A program made the translations under genes and the position numbers. Below, piece by piece: positions 1-7,788 of a DNA stretch of 19,237 nucleotides (its first letter is position 1; each line of letters starts with the position of its first letter). The stretch spans positions 1-19,237 of the forward strand of contig CAVVXH010000013.1 of the NCBI GenBank assembly GCA_963752155.1, read 5' to 3'. This DNA is from an uncultured Parachlamydiaceae bacterium. GTDB lineage: Bacteria; Chlamydiota; Chlamydiia; Chlamydiales; Parachlamydiaceae. A model generated the notes under the pieces. That model did not search any database. It saw only the letters and a program-made list of their open reading frames with translations, and was not told the origin of the DNA.

Positions 1-65
1 AAGCGCTCGACATCATTGAGAGCAGCGCTTACATATTTGTGTTCACGATAAAATTGATATCTCAT
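1..65 (-). CDS. 5' end of a CDS running off the window (MRYQFYREHKYVSAALNDVER...), possibly hemerythrin-like helical protein
   Basis: Manual translation: ATG at 65, open to position 1, just downstream of the 71..244 ORF. The family guess rests only on an early REHK motif. Confidence 0.5.
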   Translation of the reverse strand, partial: MRYQFYREHKYVSAALNDVER

Positions 66-70
66 CTCAA

Positions 71-244
71 TCAGTCTCTTGTGGATAGTGATTGAAGGGT
101 ATTGTCTTGCATAACACGCAAGATAACAAATTGATTCATGTTAACACCTTTTGATGTGATAAAAATTTGTTGATTTTCATTTTCAATAATTTCTGCACAA
201 AGAAGATTGAAATTAAAAATTGTTAAAAACAAAAAATATTTCAT
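71..244 (-). CDS. Small hypothetical protein, 57 aa, with signal-peptide-like N-terminus
   Basis: Manual translation MKYFLFLTIFNFNLLCAEIIENENQQIFITSKGVNMNQFVILRVMQDNTLQSLSTRD*; MK plus hydrophobic stretch; not in the ORF track. Confidence 0.45.
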   Translation of the reverse strand: MKYFLFLTIFNFNLLCAEIIENENQQIFITSKGVNMNQFVILRVMQDNTLQSLSTRD

Positions 245-370
245 TGCAACCTGCTCTTTGTTAGAATTCTAATTGAGTGTATCAAAATAACATCCTTTTT
301 GTCCATTGATTAAAATCTTTTCCATTGCTAACAGAGGTGCTTTTATGAGAAGTAAATTCTAGGATGAACC

Positions 371-478
371 GCCTTAGCCTTGGTTTCAGACCTGACATTC
401 TGACATTTGCCCTTTTAAGAGGTCTTGTTTTCGTTTAGGCAAATATCAGAATATCAGGTCAGGCACCAATGGCAAGGC
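371..478. repeat. Long imperfect inverted repeat (~41-bp arms, 26-nt loop)
   Basis: GACCTGACATTCTGACATTTGCC (389-411) pairs with GGCAAATATCAGAATATCAGGTC (438-460); outer arms GCCTTAGCCTTGGT / ACCAATGGCAAGGC. Confidence 0.8.
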
Positions 479-688
479 TATTTTCAAGATTTGAGTAAGC
501 TCATGATCAGGAATCACCACTTGACTTTACCGATAATTTTGGTAATATAAAATTACTAGAGAATTGAGTCCTAGCTAGCAGATAAGAGATGCTGAAACGC
601 GTTTATAAAAATACTTTTATTGAGCTTAAGTTATGGATGTGAGAAAGAATGGAAAACAGATTCGTTCCTTTCTCTGTTGACTAATTAA

Positions 689-916
689 TTTTTTGATGAG
701 AGGAAACCATTTTTCTGTTATTCTTCTGTAAGGAAGAAGCAAGTTCAAATATTAAAAGTTATACAGGATGATCCTAAGGTTGTTTATGAGAAGATAGCTG
801 ATTTGTTGGAAAAAGATCGAAGTACAATCAAACGAAATATTCAGCAGCTTAAATCTTTAGGAATTTTACAACGTTTGGGATCTAATAAAAAAGGAGATTG
901 GATAATATTAAGATAA
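689..916 (+). pseudogene. Winged helix-turn-helix remnant lacking an N-terminal start codon
   Basis: Frame reads ...KKQVQILKVIQDDPKVVYEKIADLLEKDRSTIKRNIQQLKSLGILQRLGSNKKGDWIILR*, resembling C-terminal wHTH tails of Fic/RecG_C-type proteins; in-frame TAA at 686-688 and no ATG/GTG after it. Confidence 0.6.
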
Positions 917-953
917 AGTTAACTTTTAAACAAAATTAATGTAAAAAGGTGCA

Positions 954-1529
954 ATGAATCTTAAAAAATATACTCAAAAGCGATCTCTAGAAACACCTGA
1001 ACCAAAAGGAAAGGTTCAACATCATAAACCGATTCCTCTGCAATTTGTTGTTCAAAAACATGCTGCTTCCCATTTGCATTATGATTTTAGATTAGAAGTC
1101 GATGGGGTTTTAAAAAGTTGGGCCGTTCCAAAGGGCCCCTCCTTAGACTCTAAAATCAAACGCTTAGCCGTAATGGTAGAAGACCATCCTTATGATTATC
1201 GAACTTTTGAAGGGGTTATACCTCAGGGATACGGCGCCGGAATTGTCATGGTATGGGATTATGGTACATATAGTGTAGCTAATCAGCCTCCTTTACAGTC
1301 TGAACAGCTTATCCGAGAAGGTTTAAAGAATGGTCATTTTCATTTCATTTTAAATGGAAAAAAGCTTAGAGGGGAGTTCATTTTTATCAGAATGAATCGT
1401 GGTAAAGGAAATGAATGGCTTCTGATGAAATCGGAAGACGATTTTAGTACAAGCGAGGATGTACTCCTGCTTGATCGTTCAGTAATATCAGGCAAAACTT
1501 TGGACATGATCGCTCAACCTGCATCGTAA
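954..1529 (+). CDS. Stand-alone LigD 3'-phosphoesterase (LigD_N) domain protein
   Basis: Motifs FVVQKHAASHLHYDFRLEVDGVLKSWAVPKGPS, LAVMVEDHPYDY, YGAGIVMVWDYGTY, LNGKKLRG, WLLMK. Confidence 0.93.
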   Translation: MNLKKYTQKRSLETPEPKGKVQHHKPIPLQFVVQKHAASHLHYDFRLEVDGVLKSWAVPKGPSLDSKIKRLAVMVEDHPYDYRTFEGVIPQGYGAGIVMVWDYGTYSVANQPPLQSEQLIREGLKNGHFHFILNGKKLRGEFIFIRMNRGKGNEWLLMKSEDDFSTSEDVLLLDRSVISGKTLDMIAQPAS

Positions 1530-1696
1530 TCCGACAATAAGAACTTTGGCTAAGATTATGCATGCAGCTCATTAACATCTACTCATTTTTCTGTTGCTTC
1601 TATTGCTTTATCCTGTTAATATTTAGATACTTAACTTTTTATGAAAAGTTACACTGTGTATTCAATATAAAACAAAATTTAAGTCGAGAATGATTT

Positions 1697-3343
1697 ATGA
1701 ACGTCGATTCAAATAAATTTTTAGTTTGCAATGAATTTGCGGTTGTTTTTTGGGTTAATCCTAAAACAACGGAGGAAAGAGCATGTTTAGAACCAAAGCT
1801 AGACTGGCTAGAAGCCTTTAAGGTTATAAAAAATGGATTTTGTAACAAAGAGTTAGATCAAGATGTAAATTGGATTGAAAAATATAAAAAAATTATTTCT
1901 TTCAGAGATAGATTCCTTGCAGTTTGTTCAAAAATACCCTCAGAAGAATTAGCTCAAGCTGAAAAATATATTACAATTTTTTCAGAAATTTCTGAAGAAT
2001 TATTAGGAGATATTAAAAAAATTTTTCAAAGTGCACATCCTCTTTCTCAAGAAAATATTTCAAAAGCTATTTATTTACACAGTGAACAAAAATTGTTAAA
2101 TCTATATAAAGGGATTGCAGTACAATTAAAGGTCAGGCCTGAATGCAAATTTGCAAGTTCGATGCGTGACATAGATCATGAAGGCAAAAACCCTGTTCGT
2201 AAACATTATAAAAGTGAAAATTCGGATATAATGGCTTTACCAATCAATGTTTTTAAACATTATTCTCAAAAAAATCAATTTGAGAATTCTAATTGGCATC
2301 CTAATCAGGATATTACTGTTTTAATGAAGGAATTAAAGGCTCACGGACCTTTATTAATAACAGGAAGTTTTGGAAGTGATTTTTACTCAATGCCTTCACA
2401 CAAACTTAAGCATATGGTAGGAGCACAGGCAATGTGGGGATGGGATCAAGAGAACAAAGTGTTTAGTCCTAGCCTGAGTAATGCAAAATCTCTTGGAGAA
2501 GAATCGCATAGAGTGATCCTTATCGGGGCTCGAATTTCTAAAGGCAGCACAGGTCATGTTTATATTGTTGATCCGTCTTCGAATGAAGAAAAAATTTACG
2601 TTATCAGTTTAGAAGGCTTAAGAAAGCGTATTCGTGACATTTGGAATGAAATTTTTCTTTCTGATATGGATACTTCTTATTTATTAAATACACCTATTGG
2701 AAAAAGCGGTGCAAAGTTTGGTTTATTTTGTAAAAGTTGCATCTCTCCACAAAATCAGCTACAAGTTTCCAATAATTCTTCAGAAAATTCTACCTGGCAA
2801 CAAAAATATGAAGCATTGATCGAAGCTCAAGGTAAATGTTCACTACATCCATTGAGTGATCCTCCGGAACATCTTATAGAAGTTAAAAATAAGTTTATGG
2901 AAATTTTCGATAAGGCTCCTGAAGAAAAAAGGCGACAACTTGTGAAAGAACCTTTATTTCCTCTTTCAACAAAGTTCAAGAAATTATCTCGAGATTCTGC
3001 AAAACCGCTTAACTATATCATGTTTTGTGGTGACTTTGAAGCTTTAAAGAAAATAGCCCCATATCTAAATCCAGAGGATTATCTCGCACTAGGTCCTTAT
3101 GATTCTACATTCATGCATTGTTTGATTTCTGGATTTCAAAAAAGAGTAATTAAACTCAATTTCGATCCTGGTTCCTTAGAATGTGCCAAATTCTTATTAG
3201 AAAAAGCTCCTGAATTGGCAGTTAAGAAAAATAATTTAGGCACCACTCCGCTTTCTTTTGCCAAAGAAGTATTAAAAACATGCATTAAAGGTCCTTGTAA
3301 TTTAAATGATGTGATTATATTGTTGGAAACAGCAAATTCCTGA
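1697..3343 (+). CDS. Hypothetical 548-aa protein; candidate papain-like protease domain plus C-terminal ankyrin-like repeats (putative effector)
   Basis: Long ORF; LKAHGPLLI...HRVILIG...VYIVDP pattern; ankyrin-like C-terminus (CAKFLLEKAPELAVKKNNLGTTPLSFA). The CDS is solid, the domain calls tentative. Confidence 0.7.
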   Translation: MNVDSNKFLVCNEFAVVFWVNPKTTEERACLEPKLDWLEAFKVIKNGFCNKELDQDVNWIEKYKKIISFRDRFLAVCSKIPSEELAQAEKYITIFSEISEELLGDIKKIFQSAHPLSQENISKAIYLHSEQKLLNLYKGIAVQLKVRPECKFASSMRDIDHEGKNPVRKHYKSENSDIMALPINVFKHYSQKNQFENSNWHPNQDITVLMKELKAHGPLLITGSFGSDFYSMPSHKLKHMVGAQAMWGWDQENKVFSPSLSNAKSLGEESHRVILIGARISKGSTGHVYIVDPSSNEEKIYVISLEGLRKRIRDIWNEIFLSDMDTSYLLNTPIGKSGAKFGLFCKSCISPQNQLQVSNNSSENSTWQQKYEALIEAQGKCSLHPLSDPPEHLIEVKNKFMEIFDKAPEEKRRQLVKEPLFPLSTKFKKLSRDSAKPLNYIMFCGDFEALKKIAPYLNPEDYLALGPYDSTFMHCLISGFQKRVIKLNFDPGSLECAKFLLEKAPELAVKKNNLGTTPLSFAKEVLKTCIKGPCNLNDVIILLETANS

Positions 3344-3344
3344 A

Positions 3345-3453
3345 GTCATTTTTATTATTTCGCTTTAAATGGAAAAAAGCTTAGAGGAGAGTTCATTATT
3401 ATATTGGTGCTGGCAGCGGTTGGAAGATCATCTCAAGATCTTCCATCGTAATC
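3345..3453 (+). pseudogene. Degenerate duplicate of the 3' part of the ligD phosphoesterase gene
   Basis: 3364-3402 matches 1349-1387 at 37/39 nt; CATCGTAATC, which spans the ligD stop, recurs near 3444-3453. Confidence 0.7.
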
Positions 3454-3493
3454 TGTGCATTCATTGTTTTTCCGGAATCGAGCAATGAAGAAA

Positions 3494-4043
3494 CAGCCAA
3501 GCTGGTTGTTTTTGATTGGCAAAATAGATGATCATATTAAATTATAATGTTCAATGATGTCACCACCTTCCCCAATTATCGTTCCTATCGTTCTTATCGT
3601 TGCATCGTTGATTACGTACATATCCAACTCACAGGGCATTTTGAGCTTGTTTTACAGCAATTTCATTGATGTTCACAGCTTGATACGTTCTGTTGCTACT
3701 ATAGATCAACGGTATAAACGATAAGAACGATAAGAACGATAAGAACGATAAGAACGATAAGAACGATAGGAACGATAAGAACGATAAGAACGATAAGAAC
3801 GATAAGAACGATAGGAACGATAGGAAAGATAAGAACGATAGGAAAGATAAGAACGATAGGAAAGATAAGAACGATAGGAACGATAGGAAAGATAAGAACG
3901 ATAGGAAAGATAAGAACGATAGGAACGATAAGAACGATAGAAACGATAGGAACGATAAGAACGATAATTGGGGAAGGTGGTGACATCATTGAACATTATA
4001 ATTTAACATGATCATCTATTTTGCCAATCAACCAGCTTGGCTG
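3494..4043. repeat. ~550-bp element bounded by ~100-bp inverted arms
   Basis: 3494-3601 is the reverse complement of ~3942-4043, apart from a 6-bp indel, one substitution and the order of repeat-unit variants. Confidence 0.92.
3717..3968 (+). repeat. Tandem array of 28 x 9-bp units (AACGATAAG / AACGATAGG / AAAGATAAG)
   Basis: Counted directly; no spacers between units. Confidence 0.97.
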
Positions 4044-4093
4044 GGGGTCGATTTCCATGGTGGTTGACATCAGTAAGGCATCACTTTTACCTG

Positions 4094-4115
4094 CGAAAAT
4101 TAGCAGGAATTGCTG
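4094..4115. repeat. Solo terminal arm of the CAGCARTTCCCGCTAA miniature-element family
   Basis: CGAAAATTAGCAGGAATTGCTG vs CGAAAATTAGCGGGAATTACTG at 8650-8671 (20/22). Confidence 0.7.
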
Positions 4116-4132
4116 TTCATGTTTGCAAAACG

Positions 4133-4161
4133 TTGACTTATTTTTTATAGCAATATAAAAT
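4133..4161 (+). promoter_or_regulatory. Sigma70/sigma66-type promoter for DUF2905-ribF
   Basis: TTGACT-17 bp-TAAAAT, 24 nt upstream of ATG 4186. Confidence 0.65.
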
Positions 4162-4185
4162 GCAATTTTAAAATCTAGGATTCCC

Positions 4186-4404
4186 ATGGGTAAAATAATA
4201 TTTTTGATTGGTCTTGGGATCGCTTTGTTCGGGCTATTTGTTATGTTAGGATCTCGAATCGGATTACCTTTCGGGAAGCTTCCTGGTGACTTTGCCTGGA
4301 AAACAGGCAGTATGTCGATTTATTTGCCTATCGTTAGCTCCATTATTTTCAGTATAGTTTTAACAATTTTAATTAATTTAGCACTATGGCTTTTTCGAAA
4401 ATAG
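4186..4404 (+). CDS. DUF2905 family small membrane protein
   Basis: Two hydrophobic helices flanking FGKLPGDF...IYLPIVSSIIFS. Confidence 0.85.
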   Translation: MGKIIFLIGLGIALFGLFVMLGSRIGLPFGKLPGDFAWKTGSMSIYLPIVSSIIFSIVLTILINLALWLFRK

Positions 4405-5234
4405 AACCAAAAGCGCCTCGAGTGAAAGTTTTTTCATGTTATAAAGATATACCAAGTGACTTAGCACCCATTGTTTTAACAATTGGAAATTTTGATGCGG
4501 TTCATTCTGGACATCATGCTGTATTAAAGAGCGCTAAAGAAATTGTAAAAAAAGTGAATGGAAATCTATGTGTTCTAACATTTACGACTCATCCTATAGA
4601 GGTTCTTAAACCGGAGACATTTCTTCCAAAGTTATGTACGAAAGAACATAAGCTAAAGCTTTTAGAAGAACAGGAAGTCGATCTAGTGATATTCTTCGAA
4701 TTTACGAAGACATTTTCTCAGCAAACGGCTGAAGAATTTTTGAGTTCTTTGCATGATTGTATCTCTTTCAACGCTTTAGTTTTGGGGCATGATGCTTTGA
4801 TTGGGAAAGATCGGCAAGGCGATTCGCTTACAATGCACCAGATTGCGCATCGACTAAGTTTTTTACTGACTTATGTTCCCCCTTATCAAATTGAAGGGGC
4901 ATTGGTTTCAAGCAGCGCAATTCGTAAGGCAATCCAGCAAGGTGACTTGCATTGGGCTGAAAAAATGTTAGGACGGAAATTTTCTATTGTTTCTAAGGTT
5001 GAATCATCAAGTCCGAAAGACATGGCGTTAATTGATGTTTCTTCATTATGTTTACCTCCTGAAGGAATTTATCCTGTAAAAGTTATCTCTGACCATGCAG
5101 AAATGTTTGCTGAGGCAATTATAAGAAAAGAATTTCCTTTTATGGAACTTAAATTTGCAGCAAGTTACGTTTTAAATTCGGATCAGATTTTGGAAATTAT
5201 TTTTGACTCGAAAGGTGAAACTCTTCACTATTAG
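4386..5234 (+). CDS. ribF: FAD synthetase (RibF family) with degenerate riboflavin kinase domain
   Basis: LTIGNFDAVHSGH, LTFTTHP, VLGHD..IGKDRQG, VSSSAIR, MLGR; GFPTAN kinase motif absent. Confidence 0.85.
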   Translation: MAFSKIEPKAPRVKVFSCYKDIPSDLAPIVLTIGNFDAVHSGHHAVLKSAKEIVKKVNGNLCVLTFTTHPIEVLKPETFLPKLCTKEHKLKLLEEQEVDLVIFFEFTKTFSQQTAEEFLSSLHDCISFNALVLGHDALIGKDRQGDSLTMHQIAHRLSFLLTYVPPYQIEGALVSSSAIRKAIQQGDLHWAEKMLGRKFSIVSKVESSSPKDMALIDVSSLCLPPEGIYPVKVISDHAEMFAEAIIRKEFPFMELKFAASYVLNSDQILEIIFDSKGETLHY

Positions 5235-5244
5235 AATTTTTCGC

Positions 5245-5274
5245 TTGCAAAAGAAATAAAAAATATATTATAAT
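5245..5274 (+). promoter_or_regulatory. Putative sigma70-type promoter
   Basis: TTGCAA-18 bp-TATAAT upstream of the 5305 ORF. Confidence 0.45.
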
Positions 5275-5304
5275 TAATCCTATAATACAACAGTGAGGGT
5301 AGTT

Positions 5305-5619
5305 ATGTTTGACCTTTCTTCAGATAAATTTTCAGTTCATGAAAGAAAGCTAAAAGAGCTTAAAATGAGGTCGGAAGAAGACGATGCTTGGTTAGAAAAA
5401 ATTCTCCATGAGCACAAGATTTCGAAGGAAAATTTATTTCTTTTTCTTGCAGATTCTGCCAATTTTGATGAAGAAACATGGAAAACGATGCAAGATTTGC
5501 GTTTAGAGCTTAAGAAGGCTGAAGAAGGAAAATTTCAAGTTAAAGATCCGAGCAAAACAGATAAGAAATACAAAGAGTTGAATAACGCTAATGCTGAAAA
5601 TTGGATTTTAGTGCGTTAG
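5305..5619 (+). CDS. Hypothetical charged coiled-coil protein (~104 aa)
   Basis: ORF track gives 5293; ATG 5305 preferred because GAGGG lies upstream; ends NWILVR. Confidence 0.75.
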   Translation: MFDLSSDKFSVHERKLKELKMRSEEDDAWLEKILHEHKISKENLFLFLADSANFDEETWKTMQDLRLELKKAEEGKFQVKDPSKTDKKYKELNNANAENWILVR

Positions 5620-5692
5620 GGACTGGGCAAAAATAACTTGCACGATTCGGCTGCGCCAAAGCCCTTCCCCAATCGCACAAGTTATTATTGCC
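5619..5692. mobile_element. Degenerate copy of the GGGACTGTGCAA palindromic miniature element
   Basis: TTA-GGGACTGGGCAAAAATAACTTGCACGATTCGGCTGCGCCAAAGCCC...CAAGTTATTATTGC matches the reverse complement of 10222-10296. Confidence 0.8.
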
Positions 5693-5708
5693 TTGGGAGG
5701 ATAAGGTC

Positions 5709-6185
5709 ATGTCAGAGCGTTTAAACATCATCAAAGATGAACTCGTCCCAGAAGAACGTGTTCAACCTAACACAAGTTGGTTTTCTTCCGGTCTGCGCTT
5801 TAAATGTACCGGCTGTGGCCAATGTTGCACGGGGGCCCCTGGCTATGTTTGGGTCACACATGCTGAAATTAATCAAATAGCAGATTATCTAAAGACTACA
5901 GCTGATGAGGTACTGCAAAAATATGTACGTCAGGTGGGTGATCGCTATTCGCTTGTTGAGCACTCTAAAACTTTTGATTGTGTATTTCTTAAGGATAAAA
6001 AATGTCAAATTTATCCTGTAAGGCCTAAACAATGTCGTACGTTTCCTTGGTGGACCCATAATTTGCGGAATGAAACGGAATGGAATGAAGCTTCAAAATA
6101 TTGTGAAGGAATCAATCATCCTCAAGCTCCAATTGTTTCTGCAGAAATTATTTGTCATCAAATCGCTGAACAGGAAAATAATTAA
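5709..6185 (+). CDS. YkgJ/CxxCxxCC family Fe-S or Zn cysteine-cluster protein
   Basis: FKCTGCGQCC, CVFL, CQIYPVRPKQCRTFPWW, CEG; ATG 5709 follows GGGAGG/AAGG. Confidence 0.9.
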   Translation: MSERLNIIKDELVPEERVQPNTSWFSSGLRFKCTGCGQCCTGAPGYVWVTHAEINQIADYLKTTADEVLQKYVRQVGDRYSLVEHSKTFDCVFLKDKKCQIYPVRPKQCRTFPWWTHNLRNETEWNEASKYCEGINHPQAPIVSAEIICHQIAEQENN

Positions 6186-6194
6186 TCCTTAGTT

Positions 6195-7601
6195 TTAACT
6201 AAAGTCATAAAGTACTTCAATATGTGTGAAATCCAATTTGCTCTTTGAAAGACTTTCTAAAAGAGCAATGATTTCTTCATGTGAGCCTACATCTGCTACA
6301 TAGCGGCAACGCCAGCTGTCGATGCAAAGTGTCTCAGGAGCCTTCGTTGGCCAAACCTGTACACCTCTGTTATATATTGCTGAAAGTTTGAATGTCTTGC
6401 TCTTAATCGATTCAAGCTGAGAATTGAGTTTTTCAAGAGAATGATCCCAATCAATAAAAATGTCCACTCCTATGATTTTCTTATGGATTTTACTTAAAGG
6501 AGAGGGGATGCTTTCCTTACTTAGGTGTGTTGGAGCACTAAAATGAGCAGATTTAAATTGATTTGGAGTTTGTCCTAGACGGTTGACAATGGCTTGTCCG
6601 AATTCGCGCGTTCCTACGCATTCTTTGCTAGTTTCAGCTTTATAGATATCATAGGTATGGATCCCATCTTCCAGTGTCTTTAGCCAAGCATTTTGGATCA
6701 AATTAGCTTCTTTGCTTAGGCCTAAATGTACAAGCATCAAAACTGCAGCCTGTAACAATCCTGAGGGGTTTGCCATGTTTTGACCTGCACGTCGAGGGGC
6801 TGATCCATGAATGGCTTCAAACATTGCACAGTGGGCTCCAATGTTAGCAGAACCTGCAAGTCCAACAGACCCAGCAATTTGGGCTGCAACATCAGAAAGA
6901 ATGTCTCCATAAAGATTTGGCATTACAATGACATCGAAAGCTTCAGGAGTATCAGCTAACTTAGCTGCACCAATATCGACAATCCAGTGCTCATTGATGA
7001 TCTGAGGGTATTCTTTGGCTATTTCATCAAATACTTTATGGAATAGGCCATCCGTCATTTTTAAAATGTTGTCTTTAGTAAAACAAGTCACTTTTTTTCG
7101 ATGATTAGAGACAGCATATTCGAAGGCATATCGAACGATCCTTTCACAACCTTGTCTGGAGATGATTTTAAGAGCATGGTACGTATCTCTGGATTGACGA
7201 TATTCAATTCCTGTATAGAGATCTTCCTCATTTTCACGAATGATGACAAGGTCCATATTAGGGTGTTTAGTCGCTACAAGTGGAAAGAAAGATACACAAG
7301 GTCTGACATTAGCATAGAGGCCCAGTGTTGTTCTAATCGTCACATTTAGACTTTTAAATCCTCCACCTTGAGGTGTTGTAATAGGAGCTTTCAAAAAACC
7401 TTTGGAATGGCGAATAGTCTCCCACGTCTCAGGGGCTATTCCAGTTGTTTGTCCACTTAAATACAATTTTTCACCTACATTGACCGGAAGGATTTCTAAA
7501 GCAGCTCCTGATTCCTTGAGCACATGCAGCGTTGCATTCATGATTTCAGGCCCTATTCCATCTCCCTCAGCAACTGTGATAGGTATCTTTTTATCTGTCA
7601 T
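6195..7601 (-). CDS. icd: NADP-dependent isocitrate dehydrogenase (long C-terminal type)
   Basis: GDGIGPEI, KAPITTPQGGGFKSLNV, RENEEDLYTGIE, NLYGDILSD, FEAIHGSAP; GGAGGA RBS. Confidence 0.95.
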   Translation of the reverse strand: MTDKKIPITVAEGDGIGPEIMNATLHVLKESGAALEILPVNVGEKLYLSGQTTGIAPETWETIRHSKGFLKAPITTPQGGGFKSLNVTIRTTLGLYANVRPCVSFFPLVATKHPNMDLVIIRENEEDLYTGIEYRQSRDTYHALKIISRQGCERIVRYAFEYAVSNHRKKVTCFTKDNILKMTDGLFHKVFDEIAKEYPQIINEHWIVDIGAAKLADTPEAFDVIVMPNLYGDILSDVAAQIAGSVGLAGSANIGAHCAMFEAIHGSAPRRAGQNMANPSGLLQAAVLMLVHLGLSKEANLIQNAWLKTLEDGIHTYDIYKAETSKECVGTREFGQAIVNRLGQTPNQFKSAHFSAPTHLSKESIPSPLSKIHKKIIGVDIFIDWDHSLEKLNSQLESIKSKTFKLSAIYNRGVQVWPTKAPETLCIDSWRCRYVADVGSHEEIIALLESLSKSKLDFTHIEVLYDFS

Positions 7602-7788
7602 TTCGTCCTCCTAAAATAAATCTCAAATTCGCATCAATGGTCTTTCTTGTCAAGTGATCAAAAAAGCGAGAGAGTTGTCCGTGCCGTGAAAGATGCTGCA
7701 ATATTAGGAGATAAAGTATAGGAAAAATTAAACTTTGTGTTTAATTTTTCCTAGTATTCCGCATCCGTCGATTTTGTTAATACGCAAT

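Noticed and set aside
3717..3968. CRISPR array
   Set aside because: Units are 9 bp and contiguous, with no unique spacers and no cas genes.
3996..4187. 63-aa minus-strand ORF
   Set aside because: Crosses a promoter, a MITE arm and the inverted-repeat arm; no coding signal.
5688..5708. TTG start for the YkgJ-like gene
   Set aside because: It falls in the repeat end; ATG 5709 has the better RBS.
6195..6230. icd as a truncated pseudogene
   Set aside because: The C-terminus may be slightly shorter than homologues I recall, but all catalytic motifs are intact and it abuts a convergent gene.
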